Source of the DNA: Vicinamibacterales bacterium
GTDB lineage: Bacteria; Acidobacteriota; Vicinamibacteria; Vicinamibacterales; UBA8438
Direction: 5' to 3'
DNA length: 64,000 nucleotides
Assembly (NCBI GenBank): GCA_958296065.1
Contig: CATQHX010000007.1
Span: forward strand, 4,275-68,274
The translations under genes were made by a program, and so were the position numbers. The notes under the pieces were generated by a model. The model was not told the DNA's origin and made no database searches. It was given only the letters and a program-made list of their open reading frames with translations. Shown here piece after piece: positions 52,815 to 61,191 of the stretch; within the stretch, counting starts at the first letter, position 1; the number at the start of each line of letters is the position of its first letter.

Positions 52815-55800
52815 GTGAACGGCGCGATTGGCTGGCTCGCCCGCAACCCCGTCGCCGCGAACCTCCTGATGCTGCTGATCGTCGCGAGCGGCCTGACGGG
52901 CGCCGCGTCGGTCACCGAAGAGATATTCCCCGAGCTCGATCTGCGCCGCATCAGCATCCAGGTGCCCTATCTGGGGGCGGCGCCGGAGGAGGTCGAGTCC
53001 GGGGTCGTCGTGCGCATCGAGGAGGCCGTCCAGAACATCGACGGCATCCAGCAGATCGTGTCGACGGCGTCCGAGGGCAGCGCGTCGGTCATCGTGGAGC
53101 TCGAGCAGGGGGCCGATTCACAGCGGGTGCTCGACGAGGTCACCAACAACGTCCAGGCGATCACCACGTTTCCCGTCGAGACCGAGAAGCCGCTCATCCG
53201 CGAGCTGGTCACCCGCAACCAGGTCACCGACGTCGCCATCGCCGGCGCCGCCGATGTCGCCTCGCTGAAGTCGATCGCCGAGATCGTTCGCGACGGGCTG
53301 GTAGCCCTGCCGGAGGTCGGGCAGGTCGAGATCGTGAGCGTCCCGCCGTACGAGATTTCCATCGAGGTGTCGGAGGTGGCGCTGCGGCGGCACCGGCTCA
53401 CGTTCGACCAGTTGGCGAACGCCGTCCGGCGCTCCTCGCTGGATCTGCCCGGTGGCTCGGTGCGCACCCAACGCGGCGAGATCCTGCTGCGCACGATCGG
53501 GCAGGCCTACCGCGGCGCCGACTACGAGAACCTCGTGCTCTGGACCCGGCCCGACGGCAGCCGCCTGCTGCTGGGCGACGTGGCCACCGTGGTCGACGGC
53601 TTCGCGGAAACCGATCAACGCGCGCGCTTCGACGAGCTTCCGGCCGTGACGGTATCCGTGTACCGCTCGGGGGACCAGAGCGCGCTCGACGTCGCGGCGG
53701 CAGTGCGCGGCTACGTCCGGCGCGCGGACGCCTGGCTGCCCGAAGGGATCACGCTGACCACCTGGCAGGACCAGTCGCAGGTCCTGACCGACCGGCTGGC
53801 GATCATGCTCGACAACGGCGCGGCCGGTTTCGTGCTCGTCTTCGTGGTGCTGGCGCTGTTCCTCGAGATGCGCCTCGCCTTCTGGGTCAGCCTCGGGATC
53901 CCGATCTGCTTCCTCGGAGCCTTCGCGCTGATGCCGGGCCTGGACCTGAGCGTCAACATGGTCTCGTGCTTCGCCTTCATCCTGGTGCTCGGGATCGTGG
54001 TCGACGACGCCATCATCGTCGGCGAGAACATCCACCGCCACCAGGAACGGCACGGAGACGGCCTGCGCGGCGCCGTCGACGGGGCGCGGGAGATCGGCAA
54101 GCCGGTGGTCTACGCCGTCCTGACGACCGCGGCGGCGTTCATCCCGCTGTTCTTCGTGACGGGCGCGTTCGGGCAGATGTTCCAGGTCGTGCCGCTCGTC
54201 ATCCTGCCCTGCCTGCTCTTCTCGCTGCTGGAATCGCTCGGCATCCTGCCCGCCCACCTGGCGCACGGCCGGCGGCGAGGCCGGGCCGGCTCCTGGCGCC
54301 GGTTGCAGCAGCGCATCGCGGGCGGACTTCCGTGGCTCGTCCGCAACGGCTACGAACCGGCCCTCGACGCCGCGCTTCGCTGGCGTTACATGACAGCGGC
54401 GGTCGGGTTGGCCACCCTGCTGCTTACCGGCGGCCTCGCGCTGGGCGGCGGGACCGACTTCCAATTCGCCCCGTCGATCGAGAACGAGTTCATGACCGCC
54501 TCGATCACGATGCCGCTGGGTACGCCGGCCGAGGCCACCACCGCCGCGGTCGCGAAGTTCGAGGCGGGCGCCGCGCGGCTGAGGGCGGCTCTCGAGGAAG
54601 AGGCGGGCCTCGACTACTTCCGGCACGTGGCGACGACCATCGGCGACCAGCCGGTACAGGCCCGGGGGGGCGGCCGGGTGGGACGGATAAACGCCGACGT
54701 GGAGGCCGCCTCCAACATAGGCGAGATCACCATCGAACTCGCGCCCACGGAGACACGGGTGTACACCAGCGAGCAGCTCGGCATCCTGTGGCGCGACGAG
54801 ACCGGCCCGGTCCCGGAAGCGGTAGCGATCGACTTCCACACGTCACTTCTGAGCTCCGGGGAGGACGTGGACGTGGAGCTCTCGGGGCGGGATCTCGACC
54901 GTCTGCGGGCCGCCGCCGACCTGCTCAAGGGCCGGTTGGCCGAGTACGCCGGCGTGTACGCGGTCGCCGATTCCATCCGGACCGGGAAGGCGGAGATGCG
55001 GCTGGACATCCGGCCCGCGGCCGAGACGCTCGGGCTCACGCTGCAGGATCTGGGGCGCCAGGTGCGGCAGGCGTTCTACGGCGAGGAGGCGCAGCGCATC
55101 CAGCGCGGACGGGACGACGTCCGGGTCATGGTCCGTTTCCCCCGCGAGCAGCGGCGATCGCTCGGCAACCTGGAGAACATGCGCGTCCGCACGCCGGACG
55201 GCGTGGAGGTGCCTTTCAGCCAGGTGGCGCTGTTGGAGCCGGGTCGCGGCTTCGCCTCGATCCGGCGCATCGACCGCAGCCGGGCCGTGAACGTGACGGC
55301 ATCGGTCGACCCGCAGATTGCATCGACGGCGACCCTCATCGCGGACCTGCGCGAGCGCATCCTGCCCGCAATGCGCACGGAGTTTCCGGACGTGTTCTAC
55401 ACGTTCCGAGGTGCGCAGGAGGCGCAGGAGGAGGCCATCAGCGGCCTGCGGGTGGGGTTCGTCCTGGCGCTGATCATGATCTTCGGTCTGCTCGCGATCC
55501 CCCTGCGGTCGTACGCCCAGCCGCTCATCATCATGGGCGCCATCCCCTTCGGCCTCGTCGGCGCGCTCTGGGGCCACATCGTGATGGGGCTCGACGTCAC
55601 GTTCATGTCGCTGCTCGGCCTGGTCGCCCTGACCGGCGTCGTCGTCAACGACAGCCTGATCATGGTCGACTTCATCAACCGCGCGCGCGACGCCCCCGCC
55701 GGGACCGGCGACTCGGGGAGCGGTTTGCCGGACGGCCCTCCCAGCGCCTCCACCAGCCTGGATCGGGCGATTCGCCAGGCCGGCGGGCAGCGGTTCCGTC

Positions 55801-56051
55801 CCATCGTGCTCACGTCGCTCACCACCTTCGCGGGACTGGTCCCGATGATGGCCGACCGCAGCATGCAGGCGGCCTTCTTCATTCCGATGGCGGTCTCGCT
55901 CGCATTCGGCGTGCTGTTCGCCACCTTCATCACGCTGTTCCTGGTGCCGGTCTCCTACGCGATCCTCGACGACCTGCAACGGCTGCCGAGGAGGCTCTCG
56001 GCGTCCCTCGGAGCTGGGCCGCGCGTGTCTCACACCACCTCCGGTGCTTGA
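52815..56051 (+). CDS. RND-family efflux transporter permease, no cognate adaptor on its strand
   Basis: 1078 aa. LGIVVDDAIIVGENI, GVVVNDSLIMVDFI. Closely paralogous to 61192-64000. Confidence 0.9.
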   Translation: MNGAIGWLARNPVAANLLMLLIVASGLTGAASVTEEIFPELDLRRISIQVPYLGAAPEEVESGVVVRIEEAVQNIDGIQQIVSTASEGSASVIVELEQGADSQRVLDEVTNNVQAITTFPVETEKPLIRELVTRNQVTDVAIAGAADVASLKSIAEIVRDGLVALPEVGQVEIVSVPPYEISIEVSEVALRRHRLTFDQLANAVRRSSLDLPGGSVRTQRGEILLRTIGQAYRGADYENLVLWTRPDGSRLLLGDVATVVDGFAETDQRARFDELPAVTVSVYRSGDQSALDVAAAVRGYVRRADAWLPEGITLTTWQDQSQVLTDRLAIMLDNGAAGFVLVFVVLALFLEMRLAFWVSLGIPICFLGAFALMPGLDLSVNMVSCFAFILVLGIVVDDAIIVGENIHRHQERHGDGLRGAVDGAREIGKPVVYAVLTTAAAFIPLFFVTGAFGQMFQVVPLVILPCLLFSLLESLGILPAHLAHGRRRGRAGSWRRLQQRIAGGLPWLVRNGYEPALDAALRWRYMTAAVGLATLLLTGGLALGGGTDFQFAPSIENEFMTASITMPLGTPAEATTAAVAKFEAGAARLRAALEEEAGLDYFRHVATTIGDQPVQARGGGRVGRINADVEAASNIGEITIELAPTETRVYTSEQLGILWRDETGPVPEAVAIDFHTSLLSSGEDVDVELSGRDLDRLRAAADLLKGRLAEYAGVYAVADSIRTGKAEMRLDIRPAAETLGLTLQDLGRQVRQAFYGEEAQRIQRGRDDVRVMVRFPREQRRSLGNLENMRVRTPDGVEVPFSQVALLEPGRGFASIRRIDRSRAVNVTASVDPQIASTATLIADLRERILPAMRTEFPDVFYTFRGAQEAQEEAISGLRVGFVLALIMIFGLLAIPLRSYAQPLIIMGAIPFGLVGALWGHIVMGLDVTFMSLLGLVALTGVVVNDSLIMVDFINRARDAPAGTGDSGSGLPDGPPSASTSLDRAIRQAGGQRFRPIVLTSLTTFAGLVPMMADRSMQAAFFIPMAVSLAFGVLFATFITLFLVPVSYAILDDLQRLPRRLSASLGAGPRVSHTTSGA

Positions 56052-56150
56052 CGCGGCGCGCCTCCGTCGGCGTCTGACCGCGTGCGCGGGTGTGGCGCAA
56101 AGGGCGGCAGGCCAGCACAACTGCAGAAGGTGAAGAATGCGCGAATGCTA

Positions 56151-56360
56151 GCGCCCCGAAACGCCTCGCAGGCTCGGCGTTTCGGCCCATCCCCCCCGCT
56201 CCATGAGCTTGCGCCGCGGGACTTCGCTTCGCTGCGTTCTGCGGCGCAAGCTCCCAGCGCCCCGAAACGCCTCGTTGGCTCGGCGTTTCAGCCCATCCCC
56301 CCCGCTCCATGACCTTGCGCCTCGGCACTTCGCTTCGCTGCGTCCTGCGGCGCAAGCTCC
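56151..56360. repeat. Two tandem units (56151-56254, 56257-56360) of the ~104-bp double-hairpin repeat family
   Basis: Each unit has hairpin B (CCGAAACGCC-N10-GGCGTTTCGG), a C-rich spacer CCCATCCCCCCCGCTCCATGA, and hairpin A (GAGCTTGCGCCGC...GCGGCGCAAGCTC, 13-bp stem). The units are about 90% identical by eye. Confidence 0.9.
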
Positions 56361-56370
56361 TGGCGGCCGC

Positions 56371-56862
56371 TCATACGCCGGTGGCCGACCCGAGGCCCAT
56401 CGCGCGGCGCCACGCGGTGATCTGGCCCAGGTGGCTTCCCTCGTGCGACGTGATGAGGAAGATGGCGTAGTCGCCGACCGTGGGGAACCGCTTGCGGGTG
56501 CCCTCGCTGGGATGCTCCCGGTCGAAGAGCGCGGGATCGGCGGTTGCGAGCAGCTCGGCCACCCGCTCGTGCTGCGCGGCGAGCTCGGCCAGCAGCTCTT
56601 CCTTCGAGGGGAATTCCGCCGCGTCCCCGCTCGGGGTGCCGCCGCTCTTGAAGGTGTCGTCCCACGCGGCCGGGAACGCAGACTCCAGGCCGAGCATCGT
56701 TGCCAGTTGATTCGATGTTGCCGCGAGATGCCCCAGGAGCCACGCCGGGTGGTTGACGAGGCCGTGCGGCTGCCGGGTCATCTGCTCGTCCGAGAGGTCC
56801 CGGACCAGCGTTCGGGCCCGGTCGAGATTGAACTGATACGTGAAGATGAGGTGTCGCAGCAT
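56371..56862 (-). CDS. DinB-family (DinB_2, four-helix-bundle metalloprotein) protein
   Basis: LVRDLSDEQMTRQPHGLVNHPAWLLGHL and ITSHEGSHLGQITAWRR give the conserved His triad pattern. Confidence 0.8.
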   Translation of the reverse strand: MLRHLIFTYQFNLDRARTLVRDLSDEQMTRQPHGLVNHPAWLLGHLAATSNQLATMLGLESAFPAAWDDTFKSGGTPSGDAAEFPSKEELLAELAAQHERVAELLATADPALFDREHPSEGTRKRFPTVGDYAIFLITSHEGSHLGQITAWRRAMGLGSATGV

Positions 56863-56876
56863 CGGTTCGCTCCGCC

Positions 56877-56916
56877 GTCAGCAGTCTGCGCCGCGGAAAC
56901 GGCGCGGACTGCTGAC
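56877..56916. repeat. 17-bp-stem hairpin related to hairpin A of the repeat family
   Basis: GTCAGCAGTCTGCGCCG-CGGAAA-CGGCGCGGACTGCTGAC. Lies 14 nt upstream of the DinB ATG at 56862, with no U-tract. Confidence 0.7.
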
Positions 56917-56935
56917 CGGACATCGTCACCTGTTG

Positions 56936-57041
56936 GCGCCGCCAAACCCGTCGCAGGGCTCCGTGTCTGGCCCCAGCCCCCACCGCCCCAAGGATCCTGC
57001 GCCGCAGAACGCAACGAAGTGCGTTCTGCGGCGCAGACTCC
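56936..57041. repeat. Single unit of the double-hairpin repeat family (variant B arm)
   Basis: GCGCCGCCAAACCCGTCGC...CCCCAGCCCCCACCGC...TGCGCCGCAGAACGCA-ACGAAG-TGCGTTCTGCGGCGCA (perfect 16-bp stem). Matches the reverse complement of 12563-12667. The unit ends inside the TAG stop of the gene 57041-57529. Confidence 0.85.
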
Positions 57042-57529
57042 TAGCCGGCGTCCGACGAGAGCCCCGCCGCGCGTCGCCACGCCGCGATCTGCCCGATGTG
57101 GTTGGCCTCGTGCGCCGACAGCAGGTAGTCGACGAAGTCGCCGATGGTCGGGAAGTGCTTGCGCGTCCCCTCGTCCGGAAACTCCTTCGAGAAGATCGCC
57201 GGGTCCGCCTTGGCCACGGCTTCGGCCACGCGTTCGTGCTGCTTCTTCAGCTCGGCGAGCAGCGCGTCTTTCGACGGGTACTGCGACGCATCCGCGCCGG
57301 GCACGCCGCCGGTCTTCGCGGCTGCTTCCCATTCTGCGGGAAACGTCGACTCCAGGCCGAGCGCCACTCCGGTGTGGTTGGATGCCGACGCGAGATGACA
57401 GAGGGTCCACGCCGGGTGGTTGACCACCCCGTGCGGCTGCCGGACCATCTGCTCGTCGGTCAGGTCCTTGACCAGCGACTCGAGGTGACCGAAGTTGAAC
57501 TTGTAGGTGAAGAGAAGGTGCTCGCGCAT
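57041..57529 (-). CDS. DinB-family protein, tandem paralogue of 56371-56862
   Basis: Same length (162 aa) and colinear motifs (LVKDLTDEQMVRQPHGVVNHPAWTLCHL, LSAHEANHIGQIAAWRR). GGAG lies 8 nt before ATG 57529. Confidence 0.8.
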   Translation of the reverse strand: MREHLLFTYKFNFGHLESLVKDLTDEQMVRQPHGVVNHPAWTLCHLASASNHTGVALGLESTFPAEWEAAAKTGGVPGADASQYPSKDALLAELKKQHERVAEAVAKADPAIFSKEFPDEGTRKHFPTIGDFVDYLLSAHEANHIGQIAAWRRAAGLSSDAG

Positions 57530-57629
57530 CGGGTACTCCAGCAGGCTGCAAGTGTGAATGTTCGAACGAAAATCAACCGCCCAGTATACTCCCATCGCAC
57601 GCGACCGACACCGAGAAGAAAGTGGGTTC

Positions 57630-58664
57630 ATGACCGCCGCCGACAACCGTCAGATCCGCCTTGCCGCCCATCCCGCGGGCTTCCCGTCGGAGACCGATTT
57701 CTCGCGCACCGAGACGCCGGTTCCGGAGCCGGCGCGCGGGCAGATGCTGTGCCGTACCGTTTACCTGTCGCTCGATCCGTACATGCGCGGGCGGATGAAT
57801 CCGGGGCCGTCCTACGCGAAGGGGGTCGATCTCGGCGAGGTGATGGTCGGCGGCACGGTCTCGCAGGTGGTCGAGTCGAGGCTCGACGGGTACTCCGCCG
57901 GCGACATCGTCCTGACCGCGAACGGCTGGCAGGACTACGCCCTGTCGGACGGGGCCGGGGTCCGCAGGATCGACCCGGCGGACGCGCCCATCTCGACCGC
58001 GCTGGGCGTGCTCGGGATGCCGGGTCACACGGCGTACGTCGGACTGCTGGATCACGGGCGGCCGAAGCCGGGCGAGACGGTGGTGGTGTCCGCCGCTTCC
58101 GGTGCGGTCGGGGCAGTGGTCGGGCAGATCGCGAAGCTCAGGGGTTGCCGAGTGGTGGGCATTGCCGGCGCACGGGAGAAGTGCGAGTACGTGACGGGCG
58201 AGCTGGGCTTCGACGCCTGCGTCAGTCATCGCGGGGACGACCTTCCCGGTGCGCTGCGGGCGGCGTGTCCCGGCGGCGTCGACGTCTACTTCGAGAACGT
58301 CGGCGGGAAGGTCTTCGAGGCGGTCCTGCCGCTGCTGAACAATTTCGCGCGCATCCCGATCTGTGGCCGGATCGCGAACTACAACCTGACCGAGCCGCCT
58401 CCCGGTCCCGATCAGGTGGCGAGGTTGATGGGATTGACCCTCGTGCGGCGACTCACGTTCCGCGGGTTCATCGTGTTCGATCACCTGGACCGGCAGCCGG
58501 ACTTCCTGCGCGACGTGGCGACGTGGATCCGCCAGGGCGGGATCAAGTACCGGGAGGACGTGGTGGACGGGCTCGACCGGGCGGTCCCGGCGTTCCTCGG
58601 GCTGCTGCGGGGCGAGAACTTCGGGAAGCTGCTGGTGCGGGTCTCCGACGATCCGACCCTGTAG
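57630..58664 (+). CDS. NADP-dependent oxidoreductase, MDR superfamily (YncB/CurA/PTGR-like enone reductase)
   Basis: LSLDPYMRGRM, LGMPGHTAY.GL, GETVVVSAASGAVGAVVGQIAKL.GCRVVGIAG, FENVGG, G.N.GK.LV.V. Confidence 0.85.
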   Translation: MTAADNRQIRLAAHPAGFPSETDFSRTETPVPEPARGQMLCRTVYLSLDPYMRGRMNPGPSYAKGVDLGEVMVGGTVSQVVESRLDGYSAGDIVLTANGWQDYALSDGAGVRRIDPADAPISTALGVLGMPGHTAYVGLLDHGRPKPGETVVVSAASGAVGAVVGQIAKLRGCRVVGIAGAREKCEYVTGELGFDACVSHRGDDLPGALRAACPGGVDVYFENVGGKVFEAVLPLLNNFARIPICGRIANYNLTEPPPGPDQVARLMGLTLVRRLTFRGFIVFDHLDRQPDFLRDVATWIRQGGIKYREDVVDGLDRAVPAFLGLLRGENFGKLLVRVSDDPTL

Positions 58665-58731
58665 CGTTTCGTTCGGTTCAGCTACGCGTGCCACGCCGCG
58701 GGGCGCAGAGCCGCGGGGGGAGAGACAGCGA

Positions 58732-60093
58732 GTGTCAGCACGACGCCGCGTCCCGGACGCGTTCGTTCTCATCTTCGCGCTGATCGTGCTGGCGCAGCTC
58801 GCGAGCTACGTCCTGCCGGCAGGCGAGTTCCAGCGGGACGAGCGCCGCGTCGTCCCCGGCACGTGGGCCGCGGTGGATGCCGAGCCGCTGCCGCCCCTGG
58901 CTTTTCTGACCTCCATTCCCGCCGGTCTGTCCGCGGCGCAGGAGATCATCTTCTTCGTCTTCATTGCCGGCGGCGTCATCAGCGTCGTGCGGGCTACCGG
59001 CGCGATAGACGCCTCGATCGGCGCCGCCATCGCCCGCCTCGCGTCGCGGCCCGGGTGGCTCGTCGCGGGCATGGTCGGCCTGTTCGCACTGGGCGCGTCG
59101 ACCGTGGGGATGGCCGAGGAGTACATGCCGTTCGTCCCGGTGCTGGTGACCCTGTGCCTGGCGCTGCGACTCGACGCGGTGGTGGCGGTCGGCATCGTCT
59201 ACGTCGGCGCCGGCGTCGGCTACGCGTGCGCCGCGTTGAACCCGTTCACCGTGCTGATCGCCCAGGACATCGCCGGTCTGCCGCTGACCTCCGGGCAGGC
59301 CGTGCGGTGGGCGCTGTTCGTCGTCTGCGCGGCGATCGGGGTCCATCACATTCTGGGGTACGCGGCCGGGCTTCGCCGCGACCCCGCCACGAGCCTGGTG
59401 GCCGACGTCGACTACTCGAGCGGCTTCGATCTGCCCGAGGACGTGCGGTTCACGGTGCGGCGCCTGGCGGTCCTGGTGGTCCTGGCGGCCGGAATCGGGC
59501 TCTTCGTCCACGGGGTGGCGGCCCGGGGCTGGTACCTGACCGAGCTGTCGGCGGTGTTCCTCGGCATCGCGCTGCTCGCGGCAGGCGCCGGGGGCCTGGG
59601 GCCCGACGCGGCGGCGCGCGCGTTCATCCGCGGGGCGGGGGAGATGACGGCCACCGCGCTGCTGATCGGCTTCGCCCGGACCATCCAGGTGGTGCTGGCC
59701 GACGCGCAGGTCATCGACACGATCGTCAACGGGCTGGCCGCGTCACTGGCCGGCCTGCCGTCGCATGCCGCCGCGCTGGGCATGCTGGTCGTGCAGACGG
59801 TCTGCAACCTGTTCATACCCTCCGGATCGGGACAGGCCTATGTGACGATGCCGATCATGGCGCCGCTGGCGGACCTCACCGGGGTGACGCGGCAGACCGC
59901 GGTGCTCGCCTACCAGTTCGGCGACGGCTTCACGAACATGCTCGTGCCGACCAACGCCCTGCTGATGGGGATGCTCGGTCTGGGCCGGATCCCGTACCAG
60001 CGCTGGGTGGCTTTCGTCGTGCCGCTGCTCGTCAAGCTGTACCTGGTCGCCGCGGTTGCGCTCGTCGCCGCGGTCGCACTCGGGTACCGCTGA
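58732..60093 (+). CDS. YfcC-family (C4-dicarboxylate anaerobic carrier-like) membrane transporter
   Basis: Polytopic. PDAFVLIFALIVLA, NLFIPSGSGQAYVTMPIMAPLADL.GV.RQ.AVLAYQFGDGFTN are YfcC hallmarks. Confidence 0.8.
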   Translation: MSARRRVPDAFVLIFALIVLAQLASYVLPAGEFQRDERRVVPGTWAAVDAEPLPPLAFLTSIPAGLSAAQEIIFFVFIAGGVISVVRATGAIDASIGAAIARLASRPGWLVAGMVGLFALGASTVGMAEEYMPFVPVLVTLCLALRLDAVVAVGIVYVGAGVGYACAALNPFTVLIAQDIAGLPLTSGQAVRWALFVVCAAIGVHHILGYAAGLRRDPATSLVADVDYSSGFDLPEDVRFTVRRLAVLVVLAAGIGLFVHGVAARGWYLTELSAVFLGIALLAAGAGGLGPDAAARAFIRGAGEMTATALLIGFARTIQVVLADAQVIDTIVNGLAASLAGLPSHAAALGMLVVQTVCNLFIPSGSGQAYVTMPIMAPLADLTGVTRQTAVLAYQFGDGFTNMLVPTNALLMGMLGLGRIPYQRWVAFVVPLLVKLYLVAAVALVAAVALGYR

Positions 60094-60226
60094 CCCGGGG
60101 TCCGCGGCAGACGGCCGCTTCCGTCGACGGATCGTGGGCTTCGCCACGCCCTGCCGCTCGTCTTTCGAAGGCATCCGACCGGCTTCGGGCATACAATGAA
60201 CCGTTCCGATCAGCAAAGGAGTTGCC

Positions 60227-61072
60227 GTGTCCACTCGCCATTGCGCCGCGTTGCTGCTAGTCGTGATTTTCTGGGCGGCCGGCTGCGGTCCGTCGCCGGT
60301 CGACGCGCCGGGTGGCGACTGGACCGGCGGAGCTCCCGGACCCCCACCGCTGTTCGCCACGCCCGACGGCGGCGTGACGCTACGCTTCGTCGACACGCCG
60401 GCCGAGGTTCCGGACCTGACGATGGAGGCGCTCGACGGCCAGACGATCTCGATGGCCGATCAGCGCGGCAAGGTTGTGCTGGTCAACTTCTGGGCGACCT
60501 GGTGCGGTCCGTGCCGCGAGGAAATCCCGTTCCTCGTGCGTCTTGCCGAGCGGTACCCCGACCACCTGACGGTGATCGGCGTATCGGAGGACCACGGCTC
60601 GTCCGACACCGTTGCCGCGTTCGCTGAACAGTACGGCGTGAACTACCCGATCGTGATGTCGACGCCCGAGATCAAGCGAGCGTTTCCCGGGGTGTTCGCA
60701 TTGCCGACCTCGTTCGTCGTCGATCCCGAGGGACGCATGGTCGAGAGCCACGTCGGGCTGATCAGCCCGGTGATCCTGGAGCAGGAAACGCGCTATCTGG
60801 CTTCGCTGACCCACGACGCCACGATCGAGACGGCGCCGTCCAACGACCAGATTCGGCTCGCGAACGCCGCGCAGGCAACCGAGATCCCCGGGGTGGACCT
60901 GTCGGTTCTGACGCCGGAGCAGCGCGAGGAGGTACTGCTCCGGGTGAACGAGGAGGGCTGTCCCTGCGGCTGTTCGCTGACCCTCGCGCAGTGCCGCATC
61001 AACGATTCGGCCTGCGGCGTCAGCCCGCCGCTGGTCGACCAGTTGGTCGCTGAAGTCGCAGGCGCGGAGTGA
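60227..61072 (+). CDS. TlpA-family thiol:disulfide oxidoreductase lipoprotein with Cys-rich C-terminal extension
   Basis: Lipobox WAAGC and VVLVNFWATWCGPCREEIP. About 90 extra C-terminal aa contain CPCGCSLTLAQCRINDSACG. Confidence 0.8.
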   Translation: MSTRHCAALLLVVIFWAAGCGPSPVDAPGGDWTGGAPGPPPLFATPDGGVTLRFVDTPAEVPDLTMEALDGQTISMADQRGKVVLVNFWATWCGPCREEIPFLVRLAERYPDHLTVIGVSEDHGSSDTVAAFAEQYGVNYPIVMSTPEIKRAFPGVFALPTSFVVDPEGRMVESHVGLISPVILEQETRYLASLTHDATIETAPSNDQIRLANAAQATEIPGVDLSVLTPEQREEVLLRVNEEGCPCGCSLTLAQCRINDSACGVSPPLVDQLVAEVAGAE

Positions 61073-61191
61073 GTCGCCGACCGTGCCGTCGCATGACCGT
61101 GGCGGCCGGCGCCGACGCGGGACAGGCGTCGGCGCCGGCCGAATCCAACCGGCGAGCCTAAACCAAGGCCGCGGTTTGCCGCGGCGCGCCG

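Noticed and set aside
56151-57041. Possibility that the direct repeats form a CRISPR array
   Set aside because: Units are about 104 bp, directly abut each other (2-nt gap) with no unique spacers, occur in both orientations at dispersed loci, and no cas genes are present.
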